Positions 41,722 through 50,951 of a stretch of DNA of 64,000 nucleotides are shown piece after piece. Position 1 is the first letter of the stretch; the number at the start of each line of letters is the position of its first letter. Source of the DNA: a virus; IMG/VR virus record IMGVR_UViG_3300037141_000279, positions 32,296 to 96,295 of that record. One strand, written 5' to 3'. The translations under genes and the position numbers were made by a program. The notes under the pieces are model-generated. The model was not told the DNA's origin, made no database searches, and saw nothing but the letters and a program-made list of their open reading frames with translations.

Positions 41722-41998
41722 GGGACTCCTCGGGTTCAGCTAATTGTTTGCGTAACTGTGCGATGGCTTTACGACTCCCCCAGAACACTTTACTGTCAAC
41801 TTTCTCGTGATAATCTCGCAGCGCAAATTCCTGCGTAATCCCCCCACTCATTGGGAACGTCGCCAGATCGGCTAAATTCGCCGTGGTGACCAATTCATCC
41901 GAAGGCAGTGCGTCCAGCACCTTGATGACTCGTTGGACTCGCGGCGAGATTTTTGGAACTTTCAAGCCGTTCACTTTGAAGCCAACAGGTATACGCAT
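41708..41998 (-). CDS. Hypothetical protein
   Basis: Coupled ORF. Confidence 0.55.
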   Translation of the reverse strand: MRIPVGFKVNGLKVPKISPRVQRVIKVLDALPSDELVTTANLADLATFPMSGGITQEFALRDYHEKVDSKVFWGSRKAIAQLRKQLAEPEESHGQN

Positions 41999-42738
41999 CA
42001 GAGCAGCCCCCGAACAATCAACCCGCCAGCAAAACTGGCGACCGACGCCCAGAACCCACGCTTCCTATCTTTCGCTGCTTGCTTGTCGACGCGAACGTCA
42101 CAGGCAGAGTTATCAGCTTTGATGGTGGAGATCAATTCGATTTTGTCAGCAACGATCACTTTATTTGCAGTGTCTAACTCTACTTTGGAATCAGAAGTCA
42201 GTATCTTTTGCGCATCCAACTGACCCTGGAGGTTCGGAATATCACTCTGCGCCTGCTGCAATAAATCCAGGTCCGTGACGACAATCCGCGTGAGCGGTAA
42301 CGTCATCGTGACAAGGTCGTTACTCGTTGTTACGTCGCTCGGGTTGGCTTTCGTTTGCAGAACGAGACGCGCTGCGGCGGCCTTCGCATCGATGGTAGCG
42401 TCAGTCTTAATCTGTTGATCTGTCTGCGCATGCTGCTGCGCCATTTGAGACACGAGGGATTTGATCAAGGTAAGCTGGGCAGCATCGCGGACAAGATTAT
42501 CCGCGTGTTCTTGCTGGAATTGAGCCATCAGCGCGGCCTGCGTGGCGGTGTCAACACCTTCCTTGGCAAGTGTGGCTGCGGCGACCCGCTCGTCGTGCTT
42601 GGTGTTCAGGTATTCAATCAGCGAGATGCCGCCGAAGATGGTGCCTGCGATCACGACAATCGCCAGCAGGGCGACCAGGATGTGACCTTTGATCCAAGCG
42701 ATGTCTTTTTCAATCGCGACAATCGGTGTGTCAGTCAT
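41998..42738 (-). CDS. Membrane-anchored coiled-coil protein, spanin-like
   Basis: N-terminal TM segment, long coiled coil, hydrophobic C-terminus. Confidence 0.5.
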   Translation of the reverse strand: MTDTPIVAIEKDIAWIKGHILVALLAIVVIAGTIFGGISLIEYLNTKHDERVAAATLAKEGVDTATQAALMAQFQQEHADNLVRDAAQLTLIKSLVSQMAQQHAQTDQQIKTDATIDAKAAAARLVLQTKANPSDVTTSNDLVTMTLPLTRIVVTDLDLLQQAQSDIPNLQGQLDAQKILTSDSKVELDTANKVIVADKIELISTIKADNSACDVRVDKQAAKDRKRGFWASVASFAGGLIVRGLL

Positions 42739-42783
42739 AAAGCCTCCAATGCTTCATCAGAGTACCAAATTACCGACTTTGTG

Positions 42784-43266
42784 TCAAGACTTTTTTAGGC
42801 GCGCTTGCAAATAATCTATCACAGGCAAAAGATTTTCGGGATGACGAGCGGCGTCGAAGAATCGCTCGATGCACCCGAGACCATAGTTGCACTTACCGCA
42901 GAGTATACCGCGGATCGACCACGGCATCGTATCTTTTTTCACGTCCGCAATGGCTGCTGCTTTTGTTTTCGCATGCCGATGAAACAGCGGTTGGCGAAGT
43001 TCGTCATACGATTGCGCACACCACTTACAGCCCACGGCGATCATGGCCGCATTAGTCTCTCGCCACGCTTTCACATAGAAGTGGAAGTGATCTACGCAGG
43101 GATATCCATGCGCGTCGAGGGCACCACCGCAGATTTTGCAGAGGTTGTTTTGTTCGTAGGCTCGACGTTCTCGATCTTCGATGGAGATTCCAAACTTTTT
43201 TCGGAGCCGCTTGTCTTTGGCGATTCGCTTTTCTTCGTCTGTTGCAATCTTTTTTGCTCTCGCCAT
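42784..43266 (-). CDS. Endonuclease VII-family nuclease
   Basis: QNNLCKICG...VDHFH...[insertion]...RGILCGKCN. Confidence 0.8.
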   Translation of the reverse strand: MARAKKIATDEEKRIAKDKRLRKKFGISIEDRERRAYEQNNLCKICGGALDAHGYPCVDHFHFYVKAWRETNAAMIAVGCKWCAQSYDELRQPLFHRHAKTKAAAIADVKKDTMPWSIRGILCGKCNYGLGCIERFFDAARHPENLLPVIDYLQARLKKS

Positions 43267-43397
43267 TTTGCTCGCTCCTCAAATCGTTCTTTCGCCATCC
43301 TGTGAACTTCCCGCTCGTAAAATCGGATAGCCTCGCCCTGGGCGACGATCCACATCAACAGCAGAACGTCAATCACGGACATGATGTGATCGAACAT
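43092..43397 (-). CDS. Small protein with N-terminal TM segment
   Basis: TTGACA-17-TAGTAT then ATG 7 nt later; 3' part overlaps the EndoVII gene. Confidence 0.45.
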   Translation of the reverse strand: MFDHIMSVIDVLLLMWIVAQGEAIRFYEREVHRMAKERFEERAKWREQKRLQQTKKSESPKTSGSEKSLESPSKIENVEPTNKTTSAKSAVVPSTRMDIPA

Positions 43398-43415
43398 AGA
43401 AACCATACTACGCTT

Positions 43416-46031
43416 TTATTTGGATGCTGTCAAGACTGGAGGTTTCATGATGGCGCGAACCTCATCCCCAGATAATTTGCCTCGTGCTGCGATATGGCTG
43501 GACACGTTCTTGATGTGTTGCTGAACCGCAGGATCAGCCAGAAGTGCATCAACCCTCGCTTTGCCTTCGGCAAGTGTTTGATTGTTCTGCAGCATTGGGT
43601 CCACCCCATGCACGCCTCCAGTTGCAAGGCGTTGGATGCCCTGCCACATGGCACTGGGTGCACCGCCGAGAACCTGTTTCCGCTCGGCAAGGTCGCCGCT
43701 CGCGTGTTTCGATGTCGTGCCTCCTGGTTCCATCATACCGCCCGCGAGGGACGTGGCAACCATGTTGCGAACTTCATCAGGGGCTAGTTGCCCAACCGTA
43801 GTCTTGCCTGCAGGGGGCTGAATGTCGGTGACGCCGCCGCCTGTCGTTAATCCTGTTGAATTGACGGACCCAGGTTCCAGCATTTCACTGACGACCGAGT
43901 GCGCCGCCTCATGTTCGGCTGCCGCCGCGCGTGTGGCAGGATCGCTCATGTTGTCATGCCCGCTCTGCTTCAGTTTCTTCGGGATCGGAGCCTTCGCGGA
44001 TGTTTCTGACTCTTTCAAATTGGAGATTGGATGCCAATTATTATCTTCTCCCAGAATCTCTATTGCTTCAGGTTGAATCACCTTTTTCGTATAGACATCC
44101 CCCGTAGATTCGGTTTTGAAGTGAATGTCGGGTTTGGTCCTAATCAAAACGGGTTTGCCTTCCTCTGGAGCAAATTGCCACGTATGTTCTGCAGTTTTTG
44201 TGAAATAGTTTCGTTTTTCCCTTGTCCCATCAGGCCAAGTGTATTGGTCTGTAAACTCCGATGGACCATGTTTTTTGAGCCCATCAGACGCGATATCATA
44301 GGCTCGGTCTTCATTCGTAGCGTGATATACATACCCTTCATCTGATGGTTCAGATTTAGTGACTTTCTTTAAGGCTAACGGTGTGATTTCTTTCGGAGCC
44401 TCTGCGGGCTTTACTTGTTCGAGTTGTGTTATCCCTTTCGTTGGACTGCCGTGATACATTACCGATGCAGCTTGTGCTGCGGACTTTGCTTGGTCGGGAT
44501 GCACGCCGATTTCTTTCGCCATGTCGTCGATATGGCGTGGAGACACCATTTCTTGATAGACAGACTTGGAATCTGATGGTTTATCTGCCGTTTCTAATAA
44601 CAGGCTCCCGCGACTCTTCATTCCTTGCCCGACCGCTTGTTTCAAGGCGTCAACCTGATTGGGGGTAATACCATCTTTAGGTACCTTTATACTAAGTGTT
44701 TTTCCTGACGCATCGGTAGTCGGACGAATATTCATCACACCTGTGTCATTTGAAAATGCAACCCGATTGTCGGGAATCCGCATTGTGGGGCGATCTGGAT
44801 TCGCGCGTTCAATTGTCCTATCATGGTCCGCCCCCGCAGGCAAGCGAACGAACTTTCCGTCAGGGGTCACGAAATGTGCCGCATCGGTCGCCTGCGATGC
44901 GTCTCGGTGAACCGTCACGCCTGGGAGGTCCATGACCTTTTGCAGATCGGGATGGTACGGCTCGGCAGGTGCCGCTGGTGCTGCAGGCTGTTCGGGAGTT
45001 TTCCCGACAAACTTACCACCTACGGATGCGAATGCTTCAGGTTCTGATGTAGGTTTGGTAGTATCGATAGGCACATATGCCTTGATTGTTGGTTCTCCGC
45101 GTAATTGCGCTGCAGCTAATCGATGATTGCCGTCTCGAATTCGTCCATCGCCGTCTAAAACTATCGCGGGAAGCTGTCCTTTTTTATCCGCGTATTTTTT
45201 CGCTAATTTCGGGTCGTAGTCATCGCCTGCTTCTAAACTCGCAGTCGGGACATCAGTCAAGCGATAATTCCCGCCTGAGTCTAGACCAACCCGTTGATGC
45301 GCCTCGGCTCGGCTAATTTTTTCTGATGTTGTATTTTGAAGATGCGTAACGACATCTTCTCCGCTCACAGTGTCTGCGGCTTTCGCTTTGGGTGTTGCGG
45401 AGCGGCGGGTCTTGCCGCCGAGTTTTGCAAAGCCTGCTTCGAGGCCGCCCTCGGGCGCAGTCGCTGTGACGGCTTGATGAATGCCTTCGCCTGTATCTTC
45501 CATCACATGTTTGGCGAGTTCTCCTGTGCGTGATACAACTTTTTCAGCGCCTGCCTTGGCGGCTTCGCCGAGCGGTTCCGATATTTTGTCGCCTGCCTTT
45601 ATCGCGAGGAGGTTCCCCACGACGGTGCCTGCCGCGCCCGCAATATCGCCTGAACCCGCCTGCTTACCTGTCTCTTCCGCCACTTGCGCGGCGTACGGAC
45701 CAACGAGGGGGATTCCTTCTGCGATTGAATATCCAATACTCTCGGCAGGAGTTTTGGCTGTGCGCGCCTTCATCTCCATGGCGGCTGCAGGATCAATAAC
45801 CAACTTGTGAGCGATGTCTTTAATTTTTTTTACTTCGGTGTCGCCTTCGGGGAACAAAATCTCTTTGCCCATGCCCGCTGCACCTTTAGCGGCGTTGACG
45901 ACGGCTGTAGCGGCATTATGGATGAATCGTTCGGGTGCGGATGGCTCATCCCAAGAACCACCTGCACCGCCAGTGTTACCTGGGGGTGCGGCGGCGGGAG
46001 TCGCTGGTGTCGGTATCGGTTCGTCTGCCAC
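43416..46031 (-). CDS. Large multidomain (polyvalent-type) protein: ParB-like, ART-like and HExxH peptidase-like domains
   Basis: PAIVLD...DGNHRLAAA; YVYHAT...IASDGL; AEHEAAHSVV. Confidence 0.65.
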   Translation of the reverse strand: MADEPIPTPATPAAAPPGNTGGAGGSWDEPSAPERFIHNAATAVVNAAKGAAGMGKEILFPEGDTEVKKIKDIAHKLVIDPAAAMEMKARTAKTPAESIGYSIAEGIPLVGPYAAQVAEETGKQAGSGDIAGAAGTVVGNLLAIKAGDKISEPLGEAAKAGAEKVVSRTGELAKHVMEDTGEGIHQAVTATAPEGGLEAGFAKLGGKTRRSATPKAKAADTVSGEDVVTHLQNTTSEKISRAEAHQRVGLDSGGNYRLTDVPTASLEAGDDYDPKLAKKYADKKGQLPAIVLDGDGRIRDGNHRLAAAQLRGEPTIKAYVPIDTTKPTSEPEAFASVGGKFVGKTPEQPAAPAAPAEPYHPDLQKVMDLPGVTVHRDASQATDAAHFVTPDGKFVRLPAGADHDRTIERANPDRPTMRIPDNRVAFSNDTGVMNIRPTTDASGKTLSIKVPKDGITPNQVDALKQAVGQGMKSRGSLLLETADKPSDSKSVYQEMVSPRHIDDMAKEIGVHPDQAKSAAQAASVMYHGSPTKGITQLEQVKPAEAPKEITPLALKKVTKSEPSDEGYVYHATNEDRAYDIASDGLKKHGPSEFTDQYTWPDGTREKRNYFTKTAEHTWQFAPEEGKPVLIRTKPDIHFKTESTGDVYTKKVIQPEAIEILGEDNNWHPISNLKESETSAKAPIPKKLKQSGHDNMSDPATRAAAAEHEAAHSVVSEMLEPGSVNSTGLTTGGGVTDIQPPAGKTTVGQLAPDEVRNMVATSLAGGMMEPGGTTSKHASGDLAERKQVLGGAPSAMWQGIQRLATGGVHGVDPMLQNNQTLAEGKARVDALLADPAVQQHIKNVSSHIAARGKLSGDEVRAIMKPPVLTASK

Positions 46032-46045
46032 AGAGCCTCTTCGAA

Positions 46046-46606
46046 TTAAGGATTCAACACATGAAGATTCGGATCAATTTTCTGAGCGTCCGCAATTCGT
46101 TCTCTCGGAATGTCGTGAATGCCTCCGTCAGAAGCCAAAATGCGGTGCATTGATTCATCAATCGGCGGCAGATGGGGCTGCCCGTCCAATCGTGGCGCTA
46201 GGGGCGTCGCTGGAGCCTTGGGGGTCTTCGTACCCTTGTCAGAACCGTTCGTCGCTCCTGCGGCTTCCTGAGGCGCTTTTTCAGGGGCTGTGAACGCCTT
46301 AAGCAGATTTGGGTGCGCTTCTGCGATTTCTCGTTTTTGGGGGTCAAGTTGGGCAATGTGGTCAACAGCAGAGGTGACTTTGTCCGCAGTCGCAGGAACA
46401 GGCATAGATGCCTGCTTCGCCTGGAAGAGACGATGCTTCGTGTCGTCGGGAACCGCCATCGGTGCCAGCTTCTGCACCAGTTCATTCGGGCTCTTAGACC
46501 CATGAAACGCGTCCCACAAATCAGCCCGGTGTTCATCTGTCAGGGCAGGATCGCCAGCTAGGACAGGTGCGGCGTGATCCATAAACGGTGAAGATGGTGT
46601 CGACAT
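46046..46606 (-). CDS. Hypothetical protein
   Basis: 186 aa. Confidence 0.6.
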   Translation of the reverse strand: MSTPSSPFMDHAAPVLAGDPALTDEHRADLWDAFHGSKSPNELVQKLAPMAVPDDTKHRLFQAKQASMPVPATADKVTSAVDHIAQLDPQKREIAEAHPNLLKAFTAPEKAPQEAAGATNGSDKGTKTPKAPATPLAPRLDGQPHLPPIDESMHRILASDGGIHDIPRERIADAQKIDPNLHVLNP

Positions 46607-47247
46607 TAGCTCACTCCTAGTTCTGTTTCGATTTTGCCCAGCAAAACTTCAAAACTGCATTCCCCTTTTTCGTCTAGGTACACCCCGACTATGCCACCAG
46701 GAGAACAAGCTTCTTTCACGTTGTCAAGACCCATTAACGCTTTGATCACGGAGTTGTGGATAAAGCAAGCGGTCGGCAAGCCATGATATGGAGCCAGCAG
46801 GTATTGAAAAACCACCTGCACGCGAGCCTTTAGTTGGTTGCGGCTCTCGCCGCCTGGAATGACCAAGTCAGGATCGTCCATATATTTTTGGAAATCCGCA
46901 AGTCGCTCGGGGGTTTTTTCCTTGCCCGTAAAGTCGGAGACAAACCATGGTCGGAGACTTGAATCGCACGCCATGTACGGGCTGCACACGCAGCCAGTTT
47001 CCATGAGGTACTGTGCGGTGTGCATGGTGCGAGGGACATCGGAGGAAATGACACGACCGATGCGTTCAAAGGATAGCCACTGTGCGGCTTTCTCTGCCTG
47101 CTGCCGACCTTCTTCGGAGAGGTCGAGGTCTCCCCACGAATCCCACACCGACATGTCGGTCAGTTCGCCGTGACGGATCAGCCAGCCAATCAATTCACGA
47201 GACGGGGTCAGGTTTATTGGATTGACCGCCTGATTTTCATTCCACAT
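46606..47247 (-). CDS. Histidine phosphatase (phosphoglycerate mutase-like)
   Basis: LIRHGE, GRQQA, SSDVPRTMHTA, PGGES, FIH; start trimmed to lie outside the tRNA. Confidence 0.85.
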   Translation of the reverse strand: MWNENQAVNPINLTPSRELIGWLIRHGELTDMSVWDSWGDLDLSEEGRQQAEKAAQWLSFERIGRVISSDVPRTMHTAQYLMETGCVCSPYMACDSSLRPWFVSDFTGKEKTPERLADFQKYMDDPDLVIPGGESRNQLKARVQVVFQYLLAPYHGLPTACFIHNSVIKALMGLDNVKEACSPGGIVGVYLDEKGECSFEVLLGKIETELGVS

Positions 47248-47261
47248 TTCATTCCTCAATT

Positions 47262-47335
47262 TGGAGCCCAATCGACGAATCGAACGCCAGTCTCGGAGGT
47301 ACAGGCTCCGCGTCCTGCCACTGAACGAATCGGGC
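47262..47335 (-). tRNA. tRNA-Thr(TGT), atypical C33
   Basis: GCCCGAT/ATTGGGC T CCA; CGGAG-CCTGTAC-CTCCG. Confidence 0.7.
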
Positions 47336-47343
47336 TCAAACTC

Positions 47344-47372
47344 ATCATACCGCGCGCCGCGCGCGCTGTCAA
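47344..47372 (-). promoter_or_regulatory. Sigma70 promoter with an all-GC 17-bp spacer
   Basis: TTGACA gcgcgcgcggcgcgcgg TATGAT. Confidence 0.7.
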
Positions 47373-47380
47373 TCAAAATA

Positions 47381-47454
47381 TGGAGCGAGACCTGGGGTTT
47401 GAACCCAGGCTTTCAGTTTGGAAGACTGACGTGCAGCCGCTACACTAGTCCCGC
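47381..47454 (-). tRNA. tRNA-Gly(TCC)
   Basis: GCGGGAC/GTCTCGC T CCA; TCAGT-CTTCCAA-ACTGA. Confidence 0.92.
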
Positions 47455-47464
47455 TTAGAAAATT

Positions 47465-47541
47465 TGGTTGCGAGGGCTGGATTTGAACCAGCGACCTGTT
47501 GCTTATGAGGCAACCGAGCTACCAGACTGCTCCACCTCGCA
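47465..47541 (-). tRNA. tRNA-Met(CAT)
   Basis: GTTGC-CTCATAA-GCAAC; GGTTCAAATCC; ACCA end. Confidence 0.9.
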
Positions 47542-47587
47542 CCAGTTTGGTCGGAACCCTGCGTGAAACTTACCCGACCATGATATT

Positions 47588-47935
47588 TTAGTACTTCAAT
47601 TTATAAGATTCAAGCAGTCCAGCGGCACCCTCTTGCTTGATAATCTCCCACCAACCTAACATCAAATTGCAGCGAGAGCAAATCCAGCCGCGTCGTAAAC
47701 CTGTCTTATGGTTATGATCCTGACGAAGCTGCAGAATTCGTAAACAAATCTCACAAGGGGCCTTTTTCGTCTCTCCAGTGGCGTTTAACACGCCTCGCGC
47801 TGTTCGGCGGCGCTTGCGCCGACCATCTGGATTACTCTTCCTCCAGTCCTTAGTGCGTTGAATACATAAGGTCTGGTGTGCAACGTACCACTCATGCTTC
47901 TTAACTTTGTCGTGCTCGGTCGGTACTCGTTTCAT
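47588..47935 (-). CDS. Endonuclease VII-family nuclease
   Basis: CEIC...QDHNHKTGLRRGWICSRCN. Confidence 0.85.
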   Translation of the reverse strand: MKRVPTEHDKVKKHEWYVAHQTLCIQRTKDWRKSNPDGRRKRRRTARGVLNATGETKKAPCEICLRILQLRQDHNHKTGLRRGWICSRCNLMLGWWEIIKQEGAAGLLESYKLKY

Positions 47936-48118
47936 AACCCCATCATAACCTCTTTCAGGGGGATTTGCAACAAAATAGTGATGGTCTGCGCGACGGCCCG
48001 GTTACCGAAACCTATTCTTGCCGCCGCGCGCCATCCGTGGTGTTTTACACCGTTGACCTGGGGAAAGCCGTCCGTTACCACCATCGGCACATTTCGGATT
48101 CACGACCCAGTTCAAATT

Positions 48119-48192
48119 TGGTGGACATGGCGAGAATCGGACTCGCATCCCCTGCTTGCAAAGCAGGTCGTCTCCCGTTGACATACACGCCC
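48119..48192 (-). tRNA. tRNA-Ala(TGC)
   Basis: G3:U70 pair; CCTGC-TTTGCAA-GCAGG; ACCA end. Confidence 0.85.
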
Positions 48193-48200
48193 GAAATCAT

Positions 48201-48626
48201 TTATATCACAGAATCGTTTTGATGTCCAGTTTGTGTTGCCGCAGCAAGTAAATCCGCAGCGTCGGTCGTGTTCATGCCCGGAGTCGTCCCAGGATTGCCC
48301 GCGATAGGGTTGGACGCAGGCACGGATGCCAGAGGCCAGCCTGGAGTAATCAACGCGGACGCGAGTGACGCGGTTCCTACGCCGATGTTTGGTGTGACTT
48401 TTGCCATGGTTTTGTCCCCTTATGTTGTTGCGCGATAGAGCCCTGTGAGGTTCTGACCTGCCACGACTGCAGTCCCAATCTGCGATTGAATCTGCGCGGG
48501 CAGAAGAGACTGGCTGTTCGGAGTCGGCTCAGTTCCAAAAGTTGCCTGCTCTTCAGAAATCAGTACGCCATGAATCTCCGTGCCTTGGGCGTGAAACCCG
48601 CCGACGTTATAAAGTAGTCCTGACAT
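48201..48626 (-). CDS. Two small probable virion proteins (48201-48407, 48420-48626)
   Basis: SDs; A/T/G/P rich; downstream of the capsid gene. Confidence 0.55.
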
Positions 48627-48641
48627 GGTCTTGCCTCCCGA

Positions 48642-48681
48642 AAATAGAAATGCCCTTGAGAATTGCAAGTCCCAAGGGCAT
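48642..48681 (-). terminator. Rho-independent terminator
   Basis: ATGCCCTTG...CAAGGGCAT followed by TTCTATTTT. Confidence 0.6.
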
Positions 48682-48721
48682 CTGTTTGGGCTTGCGCCCG
48701 AAGATGATGTTCGAGCCGTTT

Positions 48722-49333
48722 TTACACGAAGTTCAGTGAAAATTCGTTCAGGTTCAGGATGACGCCAGTTTCTGCGGCGCCGAGTGTCGCCGAAAGAACG
48801 AAGTTCAAATCAGCTTCACCGACCAGACCCGCAACCACCGTGGTGGCTGTTTTTGCGGTCGTGGTGGCGTTGGAAATCTGCGCTGTGTACCAGCCATCCA
48901 GTTCGCCGTTCGCGCTCAACTGAACATAAGCATCATACGACCAAGAATCTGATGCGGATGCCACTGTGAGTGCTGCCGTTGCGCCAATCAAGGTCGCGCC
49001 TGCGGTGACGAGGTTGGCAGTTGTGACAACCGTCGACGCCAGCGGGAGGGCCGAAGCCGGAACTTGATACAACCCGATCAGCAACGTGGTTGTGGTCGGG
49101 GTTGCGCCTGTGATAGTCCCAGCGGCGTGAATCCAAATGACCTGACCAGTTCCCGAATACAAGCCCGTGACGCCAGCGGACAGAGGGATAATCCCGCCGC
49201 CAGTCAGAGTCAGCGCGTTGTTGTTCAACGAGAACGGAGTCGCTGTGGTGGTGATAACGGTTCCGCTGAGCGGAGCCAACGTCAATTGCTGGGTGCCGCT
49301 AACTTGCCGACGGATTGTGGATGCGTTAGACAC
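48722..49333 (-). CDS. Capsid decoration-like protein
   Basis: T/A/G rich, downstream of the major capsid gene. Confidence 0.55.
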   Translation of the reverse strand: MSNASTIRRQVSGTQQLTLAPLSGTVITTTATPFSLNNNALTLTGGGIIPLSAGVTGLYSGTGQVIWIHAAGTITGATPTTTTLLIGLYQVPASALPLASTVVTTANLVTAGATLIGATAALTVASASDSWSYDAYVQLSANGELDGWYTAQISNATTTAKTATTVVAGLVGEADLNFVLSATLGAAETGVILNLNEFSLNFV

Positions 49334-49348
49334 TGTAGTTCTCCCTTT

Positions 49349-49834
49349 TCAAACTTTCTTGAACGAAGTCAAGTACGAAATTGCCGATTCTAAAATTTCG
49401 ACGCTGTCATGAGCCGAGCCCAGAAGCGTGTTGCAGTTTGTGCAAAGCCTGCCGCGTCTGCATTTGTCACAGGCTGTCTTTTCGGGACAGCATCCGTGCC
49501 TATGGTCTTGTGCAAGTTTGCATCGACCTTGTTGGGGTCTTTTGCAGATGTCGCACAAAAGCGGTGCTTCGTACTGTTCGCGAGTCAATCCATATCGGTT
49601 GGCGTTTTGATCTCGTTTATAATCCGCCACTTTTTCTGGATGTCTCGCCCGCCAGTCTCGCTGCGTTTCAAGTTTGCGAGTCTTGCGTTCGGTTTCGGAT
49701 TTTTTCGGTTTCAGCGATTGCTGGAGTGCGGCACCCGCTAAAACCATCCGACCTTCTGCGTATGCTCTTGCGAGCGATTCGCTTTGTTTCCGCCGAGTTT
49801 CTTCGGACGGAACGTACCCTTTACGTTGACCCAT
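49349..49834 (-). CDS. Endonuclease VII-family nuclease with NUMOD3-like N-terminus
   Basis: SEETRRKQS; CDIC...QDHRH...RGRLCTNCN. Confidence 0.85.
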   Translation of the reverse strand: MGQRKGYVPSEETRRKQSESLARAYAEGRMVLAGAALQQSLKPKKSETERKTRKLETQRDWRARHPEKVADYKRDQNANRYGLTREQYEAPLLCDICKRPQQGRCKLAQDHRHGCCPEKTACDKCRRGRLCTNCNTLLGSAHDSVEILESAISYLTSFKKV

Positions 49835-49872
49835 TTTCTCTCCCTACTTATGGAAGAGAAAGTCAGAATATA

Positions 49873-50868
49873 CTAGACAGCACTCACTTCGCCGCGAACC
49901 CTGCGGAAACCTGGTGTATTATTGGTGTTCGGTCGGGCCACAACGCCAAGGAACCAGTCGTAGCTCACGATTGCTCGTGTCTGCAACATCGGGTTCGAAA
50001 GATCGATGTCGTTATCGCCGAAGGCCTTCACGTTCACCTTGAAGCTGGGATTGCGCGGGACCTTGTTACCAAGTAACTCACTCGCCATCATTGCTTCACG
50101 ACCTACAACATAAGTCGCGTAGCCCGTTTTCCCTGTCGAGGGATAGTTGGCGTAAGTCGGCACGGTCTGCGTGCGGATGATGCGGACGCCGCTCCACTCC
50201 AGCACGGTGTAGCCGCGAGTCATGTCCGATTTCAGGACGGACGCGCCAGCTTCCGAACGCTTGAGTGTGTCGACTGCTGACCCTGCGCTGTTGTCTGACA
50301 TGAAGTCGTACACGACGTAGGGGTGCATGGCCGAGGTGTAGAGCCCACCATCGCGACCAGGAACTGCGTTGCCCATCAACTGGGATTCGCACTTGCGGAT
50401 CGTGTTGGAAAGCATGAATTCGTTGTCGAGCAAATCGATGCGGGCAGAAGCCTGGGCGGTTGCAGCGGCTTCAAAGCCGTTGATCGCGATCAGGTTGCTG
50501 GTCAGCGCGCCGCGATAGGACAGGTTGCGGCTGGCATCCAGCGTGATGTCCGCGAGGAACATTTGCTGGGCGACGTTCGAGATGCTGATCCAGTCACCGT
50601 ATTCGTCGGCGAAAGCATCGCTGAACACTTGGTTCAGTTGGAGCGACGGTCCAGGGATTCCTTCGGACAGATCGTAGGTCGCAGCAGCGAACGGGGTCTG
50701 CCCGTAGAACTGGAGCGTCCGACCCGACCGACGGGGCAGAGGACGGAAGTCGCACAATTCCTCTAAGAAGGGAGTATTGAGCTGCCACTCAAGGATCGCA
50801 GTGCGATCATAGGCAATTTGCGGGAAAGCAGCAAGCGTTGTAGATTGGACTCCAGGCGGCAAAATCGT
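49873..50868 (-). CDS. Major capsid protein (N4-gp56-like)
   Basis: LPRRSGRTLQF, LSEGIP, EYGDW, HPYVVYD; follows the scaffold gene; start codon non-standard (see findings). Confidence 0.8.
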   Translation of the reverse strand, partial: TILPPGVQSTTLAAFPQIAYDRTAILEWQLNTPFLEELCDFRPLPRRSGRTLQFYGQTPFAAATYDLSEGIPGPSLQLNQVFSDAFADEYGDWISISNVAQQMFLADITLDASRNLSYRGALTSNLIAINGFEAAATAQASARIDLLDNEFMLSNTIRKCESQLMGNAVPGRDGGLYTSAMHPYVVYDFMSDNSAGSAVDTLKRSEAGASVLKSDMTRGYTVLEWSGVRIIRTQTVPTYANYPSTGKTGYATYVVGREAMMASELLGNKVPRNPSFKVNVKAFGDNDIDLSNPMLQTRAIVSYDWFLGVVARPNTNNTPGFRRVRGEVSAV

Positions 50869-50951
50869 ATAGGTACCCTCTTAATCCCCAGTTGGGATTT
50901 TTCGGAAGGTATCTTGCTCAAGGACAGCCTTCTATCTATGAAACAGATAGT

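Noticed and set aside
47248-47376. N-terminal extension of the histidine phosphatase ORF
   Set aside because: It overlaps tRNA-Thr and a promoter; SD and ATG at 47247 fit better.
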